Positions 8,254 through 17,053 are shown, counted from the first letter of the stretch. The stretch: 64,000 nucleotides of DNA from Zavarzinia compransoris (GCF_003173055.1 NZ_QGLF01000001.1:5085-69084), one strand, 5' to 3'. The notes: generated from the sequence alone by a model not told the origin. Program-made: numbers and translations.

Positions 8254-9123
8254 TTACAGCTCCTCGGGCAAGGCCAACCGCCAGCCGCGGGCGGTTTTCT
8301 GCTTCCCCCGCAGTAGGTCGCCAAAGCAAGTGCTGCTGATGCCGTGCCGCCCGCGGAAGTCTAGGCGCGTGCCGGTGTCGCGCTCGCCGGTCCTGACGTT
8401 GACGATCATGTAAGTTGTCAGATCAGCGTGCGCCCGGCGGACAGCCTCCGAGTTGCGTATGGCCTCGATGCGCCGGGCCTGAAAACTCGGGTCGGAGTGG
8501 ACGCGACGAAGCCCAGCAAGGCGACGGGCCTCCGTTTCAGGGTCTGCGCGGATGCGGGAGAGCTGTTCAGTGCTGCTTGCCCGCCACTGGGGATCATCCC
8601 GAAGGCGGGCCATTTTCTCCCGGTTGTCCTTCTTCCACTCTGGCGTTGCGGTTGCCCGCCGGGAGGCTTCGAGGCGGCGGGCTTGCACGTCCGGGTCCGC
8701 GCGAAGGCGGCGCATGGCCGCTTTGAAGTTGTCTGAGCTGCGCAGAGAGCTTGACAACTTCGCCCGTGCTTCTGTCGTGTAGCACTGCGCTTGCCCTCCA
8801 CCGGAGGTGAGGTTGTATCCCTTCGGGCTCAGGCAGTCGAAGCCCCAGATGTAGAAGCATTCCCGGTCGTTCAGCTCCTCGCGGGCGCATAGCTCCACGA
8901 TCTCAAACCCGAAGGCGTCCGGGCCGTGCTTTCGCAAAGCGGCGGCGAGCTTCGGGCTGTTTCCTTGTCCAGACAGGTGATCCTTCCAGCGGGTGGCGAT
9001 GCTCACGGACTGACCCACGTACCGCTTCCCGGTCGTGCGATGCGTGACAACGTAGATTCCGGCGAGCGGGCCGGAGGCTTCGCCCAGCAGACGGCGGGTC
9101 ATCGTGGCGCGGATCGTGTTCAT
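8254..9123 (-). CDS. GIY-YIG family nuclease with ~5 C-terminal 20-aa basic repeats (R-L/I-R-x-DP-x3-ARR motif)
   Basis: N-terminal GIYVVTHRTTGKRYVGQSVSIATRWKDH (GIY...YIG...R..H, then N of NLTSGG). C-terminal repeats: RRLRADPDVQARRLEASRRA / ARLRDDPQWRASS / SRIRADPETEARRLAGLRRV / HSDPSFQARRIEAIRNSEAVRRA. SD GGAG 9 nt upstream of ATG 9123. Convergent with the PD-(D/E)xK gene, 6-nt gap. Confidence 0.75.
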   Translation of the reverse strand: MNTIRATMTRRLLGEASGPLAGIYVVTHRTTGKRYVGQSVSIATRWKDHLSGQGNSPKLAAALRKHGPDAFGFEIVELCAREELNDRECFYIWGFDCLSPKGYNLTSGGGQAQCYTTEARAKLSSSLRSSDNFKAAMRRLRADPDVQARRLEASRRATATPEWKKDNREKMARLRDDPQWRASSTEQLSRIRADPETEARRLAGLRRVHSDPSFQARRIEAIRNSEAVRRAHADLTTYMIVNVRTGERDTGTRLDFRGRHGISSTCFGDLLRGKQKTARGWRLALPEEL

Positions 9124-9240
9124 GGCGTGCGCTCCATTTCTTGTAGAAGGTCAGCCCCGAAACCATCGACCGCTCACGCCTCGTGAGGGGCGAGGCTATT
9201 GCGTGAGGTCGAGCGGCTTCCGGCTCGGGGCTGAACTCGG

Positions 9241-9444
9241 TCAGCGACCCGTGCGCGGCTTCGCGTTCGGGCGCTTGTAGGCGTGATTGACGAAGCCTTT
9301 CAGCTTCGTGGCGACAGTGTCCCGCTTCATCGCGGCAATCTGGGTGTTGCGGGCGGCTGCGCGCTCCTCGTGGATGCGTGCAGCCTTCTTCACGTTCGGC
9401 ACGCTGCCGGGCATCGGTTTCGTGGTCATGGTCGGTTCCTCCAA
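9241..9444 (-). CDS. hypothetical small basic protein (67 aa)
   Basis: Fills the gap between the Zn-ribbon gene and the GIY-YIG gene on the same strand. No domain recognised. Confidence 0.3.
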   Translation of the reverse strand: MEEPTMTTKPMPGSVPNVKKAARIHEERAAARNTQIAAMKRDTVATKLKGFVNHAYKRPNAKPRTGR

Positions 9445-9630
9445 TCAGTAGATGTTGCGGATTTCCTCTGCACACTTCGGACAGATGCGGTTTCCCGCGT
9501 GCGCTGACCAGAAGTCGGAGGAACACCGAAGGCAGCGGCGGACTTTGACCCGCGGATCGCCGTCACGCAGCCACCTCGGTACATGCCCACCCCAACACTT
9601 GGGCTTGGGCGGGGCGGTCTCAGGCTTCAT
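9445..9630 (-). CDS. small Zn-ribbon protein (CxxC...CxxC), 61 aa
   Basis: MKPETAPPKPKCWGGHVPRWLRDGDPRVKVRRCLRCSSDFWSAHAGNRICPKCAEEIRNIY. Start taken at internal ATG 9630 because the upstream gene ends at 9620. Confidence 0.4.
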   Translation of the reverse strand: MKPETAPPKPKCWGGHVPRWLRDGDPRVKVRRCLRCSSDFWSAHAGNRICPKCAEEIRNIY

Positions 9631-10372
9631 CGCCCGCGGCTTGCGCAATCGCCTTCTCAGCGAGCGCCAGCGACAGGTTCTTGATCGGGTCGGCCTGTCC
9701 GCGGACAAATTCGCGGTCGGCGGCGATGGCCGATTCATAGGCGAGGATCACGCCCTTGAGCTTGGCGACAATCTCCGCGTGCTGCGCACCGAACACCCGC
9801 TGGGCGAAGTCGCCCACGGAGAACGGGCGGCGGTCGCGCGGGCGGCGATCCACAACCGTTGCGATGGCGGCGGCGAGCGGGAGGTCATTGGTGGCGATGG
9901 CGGTCACGGCGGCGGTTTCGAGTTCCACCGGCCCGGCCCCTTCGAGCGTGAGCTGGTAGTTCAGGCGCTTCGTGTCGCCCAGGGCGATCCGCCCAAGGGC
10001 CTGCGCCGGGGACTGGTTCAGGGACAGCAGGAATTCGGCGTCAGCGGCGAGCTTGGCGAACGGGCGCAACAGTTCCTCGCGCTGGGCGCGCGACGATTCC
10101 GCGATGGTCAGGCGGAACTTGGCGATGCGGGAGGCTTCTTGCTGCTTGGCGAACTGGCGGGCAACGGTGCGGTTGGCCGGTTCGGTTTCGCGGACAACCT
10201 CCTCAGCTTCGCGGCTGAAGCGGTCGCGGGCCTCCGCTACCTGCTGCTGAATCTTGGCGATGCGCGCCTGAAAGGCGGTCGCAAGTTCGGTGGCGCGGGC
10301 GGTCAGCCGGTCGATGTTCTCCGCGGTCAGCGGAACATCGGTGGGGACCTTCTTGAAATCTACGGTGGCCAT
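9620..10372 (-). CDS. hypothetical phage-like protein (250 aa), coiled-coil rich
   Basis: Start MATVDFKK at 10372 with AGGAG 8 nt upstream. No recognisable domain. First gene of the minus-strand cargo operon. Confidence 0.45.
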   Translation of the reverse strand: MATVDFKKVPTDVPLTAENIDRLTARATELATAFQARIAKIQQQVAEARDRFSREAEEVVRETEPANRTVARQFAKQQEASRIAKFRLTIAESSRAQREELLRPFAKLAADAEFLLSLNQSPAQALGRIALGDTKRLNYQLTLEGAGPVELETAAVTAIATNDLPLAAAIATVVDRRPRDRRPFSVGDFAQRVFGAQHAEIVAKLKGVILAYESAIAADREFVRGQADPIKNLSLALAEKAIAQAAGDEA

Positions 10373-10528
10373 GTTCGGGCTCCTCTGAAAAGTCATCACG
10401 ACTCGGAAGGGCCTCTTGACACGTCACCGGCGGGGCCACTCCCAACCTAAAGCGCGAGCGCCAAATGCCCGCACTTTCGAGGAACCATACTGGAAGAATG
10501 GACAGCGCGGCAAGAAAAAGAAGTTGTA

Positions 10529-10560
10529 GATCAATGACTTGCGTAAAAAGTAAAGTCCGC
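10529..10560. promoter_or_regulatory. 31-bp motif repeated at 17572-17602 (candidate satellite promoter/operator)
   Basis: gatcaatgacttgcgtaaaaagtaaagtccgc here vs gatcagtcacttaccgaaaaagtatagtgcc at 17572-17602 (~26/31 identical). Both lie immediately upstream of minus-strand genes (hyp250 and alpA). Confidence 0.45.
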
Positions 10561-10580
10561 CGGGGTGCCCCCCGAACCCC

Positions 10581-11987
10581 TCACACATACATGATCCGGT
10601 CCCCCGTGTCGGGCAGGCGCGGCGGAGGTCCGGCGAAGTCGCCCACGCTCACGACACCCTGCGAAGCCCCACTGATCAAATATGACGTGGCATCCAGCAT
10701 GTGATCGTTCGCGGAGGTGTCCACGTCCTCTGGGCGGCGCGGATCGCGCGGCAGAGCCGGGACGGTGGAGAGCCAGAACCGGCAGCGCGAGGCCACGAAG
10801 AACTCCCCCTGCACCATCAGTTGCTTGATGACCTCGAAGCGCGGGACGCGCGCCCCCTTGCGAGCGGGCGTGACCCGCACACCGGCGGCGCGGAATAGAT
10901 CGCTGATGCTGTCCTCGTGACGCCCGGCGGTCTTGGCTTCGGCGGCGGCGTCGATGACGCCCCGCGCGCGGACACCGGAGCGGGCGCACATGGCGTGAAG
11001 GGCGGGCGCAATCTGCGACGGCGAACGGCCCGTGCCGCGGGCGATGTTGCGCGGGTCGAACTCCGCGTGTTCATCGTAGATGACCCACGAGCCCCGCGGC
11101 ATCACCCGGTCATCGCTCAGGCGAACATCGAAGGCGAGCTGACCGCCCAGCACAGCGGCCATCGGTGCGGCGCTGCCCCAGTCGATGCCGAGCTTCAACG
11201 AGGTGAACAAGTCGGGCGGGACCTCGTGATGATCGAACACGGCGCGCGAGTGCTGCCATGACCCGCTGAAGAAGTCTCCCGTCAGCGCGGACCAATCGCC
11301 CTCACGGTGCGCCCGGTACAGCGCCGGGTCGGTGTGTTTCAAGACCTCGAAGTTGCGGCGGTACGCCTCCGGCAGGTGCGGGTTGTCATCGACCACGCTG
11401 GGCGCATAGACCCAAGTGTTGCCGCCGAACTCGAACGGAGCCCAAGGGGTCCGCGCGGTCACGTAGCGTTCAGCGAGGGCGCTGTGATTCTGCCCGCCGG
11501 GGTTCCCGGCCAAGACCATGCGAAGCGGGACGCCCGGCGCGCGCAGCGATAGCCCGAGCTGGTCGATTACGTCCATGCCCGGACCTTCGCCCGCTTCATC
11601 GACCACGATCAGGCTGTATGAGTGACCCTGCGCAACGTCACTCAGGGCCGAACTCGATTCAACGTGCGTCAGCGTGATCGTGGCCCCGTTCGGGAGCCTG
11701 AACACGTTGTCGTTCATGTTGTAGGCGACCTCACGCCCATAGGCGGAGCGCAGCAGCGCGCGGGTTTCCTCCGCGAACTGAAGCAGCGACTTCAACCGGC
11801 GGCGGGTCACGAGGACGCGGGCGCGGTTCTTGTACTGGTCGCAGTGCCGCAGGATGAGCAGTTGCAGGCCGAAGGACTTGCCGCCCCCGCGGCCCCCGCC
11901 AAGGAACAAGAAATGATCTTCCGGGACGGCGAGCACGCGCGCCTGGAACGGGGTCGGGGCAATGATGTTGTTAGGTGGGCTGGACAT
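10581..11987 (-). CDS. terL: phage terminase large subunit
   Basis: Walker A GGGRGGGKSF, Walker B LIVVDEAGEG, C-terminal RNaseH-like nuclease motifs (LGIDWGSAAP; DHMLDATSY). 468 aa. Confidence 0.8.
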   Translation of the reverse strand: MSSPPNNIIAPTPFQARVLAVPEDHFLFLGGGRGGGKSFGLQLLILRHCDQYKNRARVLVTRRRLKSLLQFAEETRALLRSAYGREVAYNMNDNVFRLPNGATITLTHVESSSALSDVAQGHSYSLIVVDEAGEGPGMDVIDQLGLSLRAPGVPLRMVLAGNPGGQNHSALAERYVTARTPWAPFEFGGNTWVYAPSVVDDNPHLPEAYRRNFEVLKHTDPALYRAHREGDWSALTGDFFSGSWQHSRAVFDHHEVPPDLFTSLKLGIDWGSAAPMAAVLGGQLAFDVRLSDDRVMPRGSWVIYDEHAEFDPRNIARGTGRSPSQIAPALHAMCARSGVRARGVIDAAAEAKTAGRHEDSISDLFRAAGVRVTPARKGARVPRFEVIKQLMVQGEFFVASRCRFWLSTVPALPRDPRRPEDVDTSANDHMLDATSYLISGASQGVVSVGDFAGPPPRLPDTGDRIMYV

Positions 11988-12399
11988 GGATCACCCTCGC
12001 GTATTCCTCGGGGCTCAAGGCCGCATTGATTTGAATGAGGACGCGGGGCGCTTCGCCGGGGCCGTCCTCGCGCCCAATCTTGTAGAGCTTGTCGCCCAGC
12101 CACTCCGCGGCGCGGGTGTCGCCTTCCTTCATCCGGGCGCGCATGACGGCGATGACCTCGCCCGCGCCTTCGGCCCGGCCTTCCTCGATTGCCAGCGCCA
12201 GCGGGGACAGCTCGCCTTCGGCGTCGTCCTTCTTGAGGGCGTTCCACTGCGCGGGGGATAGCCCAAGGGTCCGGCGGATAGCGTGCTCGCGGCACCCTTC
12301 GGCGGCGAGTTCGCGCACTACGTTCAGCGCGTCAGCGGGCAGGCCCTTCGTGGCGAGGTCGCGGACGATGCCCTTGGTCAGTTGGGTGTTGCGGCTCAT
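11971..12399 (-). CDS. terS: phage terminase small subunit (P27/Terminase_2-like)
   Basis: 142 aa. ...RARMKEGDTRAAEWLGDKLYKIG... Located immediately upstream of terL with a 17-bp overlap. N-terminal HTH-like region. Confidence 0.55.
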   Translation of the reverse strand: MSRNTQLTKGIVRDLATKGLPADALNVVRELAAEGCREHAIRRTLGLSPAQWNALKKDDAEGELSPLALAIEEGRAEGAGEVIAVMRARMKEGDTRAAEWLGDKLYKIGREDGPGEAPRVLIQINAALSPEEYARVIHVQPT

Positions 12400-13022
12400 G
12401 CTTCGGCCTCCTCGGTGGCGAGGGCGGCGGCGGCTTCCAAGTCCTTCCTGATGCGGTAGATCGCGGACTTGCCGGCGTGCGTGATCGTGCGGACACGGTC
12501 GGGCTTCACCCCGGCCTTGAGCAGCGCGGCGATCTTGTCCTCAAGGCTCCGGGACATGCGAGGTGCGCCGATCTTCACGCCCTTGGCCCTCGCCTTGCGG
12601 TGGCCCCGGCGCAGGGCCTCTACGCGCACAGCCTTGTCGAACGTGACCACGGCGGCGACGGCGCGGAGGATCGCGGCCCCGGCGGGCGTGCGGGTGTCGA
12701 GGTCGAGGTCAGCGACGTACAGGCCAGCGCCAGCCACGGACAGCTCGCGGAGCAGTTTTTCGAGGTCGCCCACACTACGGGCCAGCCGGTCGAACGAAAC
12801 AGCAGCGATGCCATCCGCTGCGCCCCGGAGGGTGTCGAAGATCGCGCGGTCAAGGTACGGGCGGGGATCGCGGGCGGCGCGGGTGTCGATGTTCTCGTCA
12901 GCGTACTCAGCAACCACCTCATGCCCAGCAGCGGCGCAGAAGGCGCGGAGCGGGGCGAACTGGTCCTCAGTGGCGGGGTCGGTGTCGAGTGCCCGGCGGG
13001 CGTACAGGATGAAGCGGGCCAT
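12396..13022 (-). CDS. serine-recombinase (resolvase/invertase)-fold protein with catalytic Ser replaced by Ala; C-terminal HTH
   Basis: MARFILYARRALDTDPATEDQ aligns to the resolvase consensus GYARVSTxxQ, with VST replaced by RAL. Conserved SFDRLARSVGDL (DRLxRS motif) and a C-terminal HTH (ITHAGKSAIYRI) are present. Confidence 0.6.
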   Translation of the reverse strand: MARFILYARRALDTDPATEDQFAPLRAFCAAAGHEVVAEYADENIDTRAARDPRPYLDRAIFDTLRGAADGIAAVSFDRLARSVGDLEKLLRELSVAGAGLYVADLDLDTRTPAGAAILRAVAAVVTFDKAVRVEALRRGHRKARAKGVKIGAPRMSRSLEDKIAALLKAGVKPDRVRTITHAGKSAIYRIRKDLEAAAALATEEAEA

Positions 13023-13320
13023 GATTGTCGGTGCCTATCGAAGTTGTGATTTCGATTAGATTCTAGCGACCGGATCACGGGAGATAAAGGTTTTTAGGCG
13101 GGTGTATAGGCGGGTTTATCCGCGAAACATGCGGAAATTCCAAAGACTATGGCGAACTGCGGGGAGAAAGCCTCCGCCATAATCCGCGCGGCGTGATCTT
13201 GTATGCGTGCCGGTCGCTGCTGGCCCATGACGCCGGGCGGCGGCGCGGTGCGATCCGCCCAAGTAGCAGCGCAAGCGGCGAGTTCACACGGCTCCAGCGG
13301 CCTACATCAGAACTTTTTAG

Positions 13321-13557
13321 GGGGCCGTGATACTCAGAACCCCCAGCCGTTTCTGGCTTTCTTTCTCTTTTCTAACGACTCAGACGACTATCACGGCTAA
13401 ATAATCTCGGGAGGAAATCGCGGCCTTCCTCCGTCCGCCCCTTGGGCATAGCAGCCGCAGAATCCCCCCGAGATAAAACCCCCGCGATAGTCGATGTAGT
13501 CGTGGGAAAATCACCCAAGCCCCAGTCGCTATGGGCTTTCGCTGTATCACGGCCCCC
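13321..13557. repeat. 13-bp perfect inverted repeat (GGGGCCGTGATAC ... GTATCACGGCCCC) flanking ~210 bp of AT-rich non-coding DNA inside the satellite
   Basis: Left arm 13321-13333, right arm 13544-13556, third partial copy tatcacggc at 13389-13397. Sits in a 570-bp gene-free region (13023-13595) that also carries an inverted copy of the arm-type motif at 13093-13113. Confidence 0.6.
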
Positions 13558-13595
13558 GAAGAAGTTTCAGCGAGGCCGTGAGATTCCAGCGGCCC

Positions 13596-14159
13596 TCAGA
13601 CTTGATCCAGGTGCGACTCCACCACGGCCTCCACAAACGTCAGGACGTTCTCGCGCCCCGGATCGAAGCCGAAGGCTTCCCTGATCGCCTCGCGCACACG
13701 GATCGCAGCGCGGTGCAGCGGCAGGCCCACAGAGTCATTCCCGAACGACAGGAACACGCGGCCTTCATCCTCGCGTCCCGGCGCATACTGGAGCCGATCA
13801 ACCAGCGCACGCGCGGCGCTGCGGGTGTTCCGATAGGTCGGCAGCGGGGTTCCGCGATCATCGACAGCGTCCCAATGGCGCGTCAGGTAGCGAACGGCCC
13901 AAGCGGTCAGCATTGCGAAGTCGCCAATGTCGAAGCCGAAGTGTTCTTGCACCATCTCACGCAAGTGACGGTGCGCATCCACCGCTGGGATGGACTCCTC
14001 CCGGCCTTTGAGGCGAAGCATCCAGCGGTCGTCAGTCGGTGGGCCGTTCCAGTCCTCGGCTTGGCAGCCCAGCATCTGGATCGCGCGGACCACGTTCTTG
14101 TAGTTGTTGGTGATGTTGCCGCGTTCGTCGCGCAGCCAGTCGCTCATGTACAGCTTCAT
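13596..14159 (-). CDS. hypothetical protein (188 aa) downstream of primase
   Basis: Start MKLYMSDW at 14159. No recognisable domain. Confidence 0.4.
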   Translation of the reverse strand: MKLYMSDWLRDERGNITNNYKNVVRAIQMLGCQAEDWNGPPTDDRWMLRLKGREESIPAVDAHRHLREMVQEHFGFDIGDFAMLTAWAVRYLTRHWDAVDDRGTPLPTYRNTRSAARALVDRLQYAPGREDEGRVFLSFGNDSVGLPLHRAAIRVREAIREAFGFDPGRENVLTFVEAVVESHLDQV

Positions 14160-14222
14160 GTCAGTTCTCCGAAGGATCGCCGGGCTTTCGACAGGGGAGC
14201 CCGGCGGCGTCCCCAAGTCGTT

Positions 14223-16694
14223 TCAGAACGGCGATCCGTCATCACCATCGGCGTCCGGTTTCTTCGGCGGCGGCAGGTCTGTCCAGCGGTCGGAGCCGTC
14301 CCACGGTGCCGGAATCTTCACCCGGTCCCATGCGGCGCGAGCATCCGCCAGAGTGGGCAGAGCGAACCCGCGCACGGGGTACTGGCGATACTCGAACCCC
14401 AGCGCCTTCAGCAGGTCGGCCACCTCGTTGGGCGTCACGTCGCGCCCGCGATCTTTCCTGAGCCGGGCGTTCACGAGTTCGCACAGCCGCGTGGTCGAGA
14501 CGAAAGGCAGCGTGCGCGCTTTCTTGTCCAGCCACCGCTCCACCGGCAGCTCGCCGGTTTGGAGGATGTCGAGAAAGGCCCGCTCCACGCCCCGCAGGCC
14601 GGCGAGCTTCTGCTCAGTCAGCGCGTCGGTCTGGGGGATGTTCCAGCGCGGGTGAAAGCCGTCCAGATCCATTTCGAGCAGGTCATGGAGCATCGCGGCC
14701 AGCCCGCCGTTTGCCATCTGTTCAGCGAGGGGGCCGAAGTAGTCCCGATCCTGCGCGCGGTTGCCGTTCACGTTGAACACCGCATAGCGGCGCTCATCGC
14801 TGCTGGCTGGCACCACCCACTTTTCGTTGGACGCCATGACCACGTGGAGCATGTTGTTGACCTGCACCGCGTTCGCGCCCTTGCCTTCAACAACAAAGGT
14901 CGGCTCCGTGATGAGGCCCTGCAAGCGCCCGGAGCGTTCGTTGTCGTCGGGCGCGACGGCCTCATCAGCGAACACCAGCACCGCATCGCGGAGGTGAGCG
15001 TTGAACTTGCCGGTCAGGTAGTCCCCCGAGAAGATGTGAAGGCCGTGCTGGCCGAACAGGTCTTTCAGCGCCCGCGCGAACATGCCCTTGCCCGCGCCCT
15101 TGCCACCCCGGAACACCAGCGCAGCCTCCGCAGGCTTGTGGGGGTTCTGAACGGCCCACGCAGCCCATTTCAGGATGTAGTCGGCGTGCTCGGCGTTGCC
15201 ATCGGCCAGGACGGCTTCGACGTGGGCGCGCATCAGTGACCAGTCGCCCGGTTGCGGCTTCACGCCCCAGCCGCGCCAGAGGTTCAGGTTCCTGCCGACC
15301 GTCTCGGGCTTCTTCGGGTGAAAGCACAGCTCATCGAATTGGCGGCGAGCTTCTTGCAGCAGCCACCACTTGCCCACGGGGACCTCGATGGGCTTGCCGT
15401 CCTTGTCGGTTCCGGCCTCAACTCGCAGGTGGCAGTAGCGGTGCTGGAAGTCCTCGAACGATTGAAGCAGCGGCACCCAGCGCCCGCGCTGTTCCTCGCG
15501 CGGCTTGTCGTCGTCATCGTCAGTCATCAGCGGAACCCAAGACCACGCGAGCACGCGACACTTGCCGCCTTCCTGACTCAGGACGGCGTGCATGTTGTTC
15601 AGATACTCCAAGGCGATCTTCGGATGCCGCCACCACTTGCGGCCGATCTCCTCCCATGCGCGGAAGATTTGGCGCTTTGCGTAGCCCTCCCAGCTCGGTT
15701 GTTCGCGCACGCTCTCAGCGATGGCGTTGCCCGGATCGGTGATGACCCGGAAGATCACCGCGTCATCGACGCCCGCGCGCACGAGGTCGAGGCAGACCTT
15801 GAACAAGGGTTCGGAGCGCGACGGGTACTTGGTCGGCTCTACCGGGTCCTGTCCGGTGGCGATCAGCGCAAGCGTGTTGTCGCGGATCGTATTGCCGTTC
15901 GCAGCGGCCCACTCGCGCAGGTCATCGGTGCTGCACGGCGCGACGTGGCCCGGAACCCAGTCAGACGGCGCGGCTGTACCGTCGCCCACAGAAGGGCGCG
16001 GCGATGCCTTCCTGCTGGCCGTAGGTGTGCCGCCGGTGATCGTTTCGGCTTTCGGGGGCGCGGCCTTGAAGGCGGTCAGCGGATAGGCCGCATCATTCCA
16101 GCCGCAGACCTCGGCCTTGCTCGGCTCGCGGCCCTTCGCCCGCTTCTTCGGATCGGGCCAGTTCGTCAGCCCCGGCAGGCGCGCGATACGGTCAACATTG
16201 AAGCAGTGATCACCGCCAAGGCGGTTTGCCAATTCGACGTTGAACGCTTCGGCCTTCTCCCACGGCTTGTCGGTTTCGCTGGCCGGGGTCGGAATGTCGA
16301 GCGGTTCCGAAAGGCGCCACATCCCCCAATAGCCTCCGCCGGAGTCGATGACCAGCGACGGCGCAGGAATGTCCTTGGGCATTCCACCATTCAGCAGGGA
16401 CCTGATGCGTTGGCGTTCCTGCTCGAAGTCCTCGCCTGCACGCGGGTCAACATCGACCCACAGCCATTCGAGGCGGGCAATGTCGGTTTTCTCGGCTTTC
16501 TTGTTGATCGGCTCGCGCGTGGGGTTGATGCCGAAGTAGATGTTGTGGGTCTTGTTCTTCTCCAGCGCCCACGCTTCCGCCTTCGCCGCATCGGTGAATG
16601 TGACGCCGGGCGGTGTTCCCTTCTTGTCCGGGTGCATGGCGACCAGCAGCCACGGCCCGCCGGGACGGAACTTGTTGAGGAAGTCAGCAATCAT
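14223..16694 (-). CDS. bifunctional DNA primase/polymerase (prim-pol) fused to P4-alpha/D5/VirE-type NTPase (replication initiator/helicase)
   Basis: 823 aa. N-terminal prim-pol motifs (NIYFGINP; LEWLWVDVD; DSGGGYW) and a C-terminal P-loop FRGGKGAGKGMFARAL...LVFADEA typical of the P4-family primase C-terminal domain (TIGR01613/VirE-like). Confidence 0.8.
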   Translation of the reverse strand: MIADFLNKFRPGGPWLLVAMHPDKKGTPPGVTFTDAAKAEAWALEKNKTHNIYFGINPTREPINKKAEKTDIARLEWLWVDVDPRAGEDFEQERQRIRSLLNGGMPKDIPAPSLVIDSGGGYWGMWRLSEPLDIPTPASETDKPWEKAEAFNVELANRLGGDHCFNVDRIARLPGLTNWPDPKKRAKGREPSKAEVCGWNDAAYPLTAFKAAPPKAETITGGTPTASRKASPRPSVGDGTAAPSDWVPGHVAPCSTDDLREWAAANGNTIRDNTLALIATGQDPVEPTKYPSRSEPLFKVCLDLVRAGVDDAVIFRVITDPGNAIAESVREQPSWEGYAKRQIFRAWEEIGRKWWRHPKIALEYLNNMHAVLSQEGGKCRVLAWSWVPLMTDDDDDKPREEQRGRWVPLLQSFEDFQHRYCHLRVEAGTDKDGKPIEVPVGKWWLLQEARRQFDELCFHPKKPETVGRNLNLWRGWGVKPQPGDWSLMRAHVEAVLADGNAEHADYILKWAAWAVQNPHKPAEAALVFRGGKGAGKGMFARALKDLFGQHGLHIFSGDYLTGKFNAHLRDAVLVFADEAVAPDDNERSGRLQGLITEPTFVVEGKGANAVQVNNMLHVVMASNEKWVVPASSDERRYAVFNVNGNRAQDRDYFGPLAEQMANGGLAAMLHDLLEMDLDGFHPRWNIPQTDALTEQKLAGLRGVERAFLDILQTGELPVERWLDKKARTLPFVSTTRLCELVNARLRKDRGRDVTPNEVADLLKALGFEYRQYPVRGFALPTLADARAAWDRVKIPAPWDGSDRWTDLPPPKKPDADGDDGSPF

Positions 16695-17041
16695 TCTGCG
16701 ACCTCCTGAAACACGTACACTCCGCGGCGATACCCGGCCTTGTTGTCGAACCAGCCGTTGTCGGCGGGATCGGCCTTGCCGCCCATCACCTCGTTGCAGT
16801 GTTCGAGGGTGCGACGGAACCAGACGGCCCGCGGCGAGCGGTCGGAGGAGCGCGCGGCCTGCTCGGTCAGTTCTTCGAGCTGGGCAAGGACCGTATCAAC
16901 AAGGTGTTGATCGGCTTCGGTGTTGCACTCAGGCCCGGCAGGGAACACGCGGAGAGGGTCGAGGCGGAGCAGCCATGCGACGTAGGACGCGCGGCGGGCT
17001 TCGGCGGGCGCAGCTATTTGCGCAGTGAGGCTCGGTTTCAT
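16691..17041 (-). CDS. hypothetical protein (116 aa)
   Basis: 4-bp overlap with the primase gene start. No domain recognised. Confidence 0.35.
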   Translation of the reverse strand: MKPSLTAQIAAPAEARRASYVAWLLRLDPLRVFPAGPECNTEADQHLVDTVLAQLEELTEQAARSSDRSPRAVWFRRTLEHCNEVMGGKADPADNGWFDNKAGYRRGVYVFQEVAE

Positions 17042-17053
17042 GGGTCCGCCTCC

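Noticed and set aside
14223-16694. Splitting the 823-aa primase ORF into separate primase and helicase genes
   Set aside because: The frame is continuous with no internal stop. Prim-pol, PriCT-like and D5/VirE NTPase segments are commonly fused in P4-alpha-type proteins.
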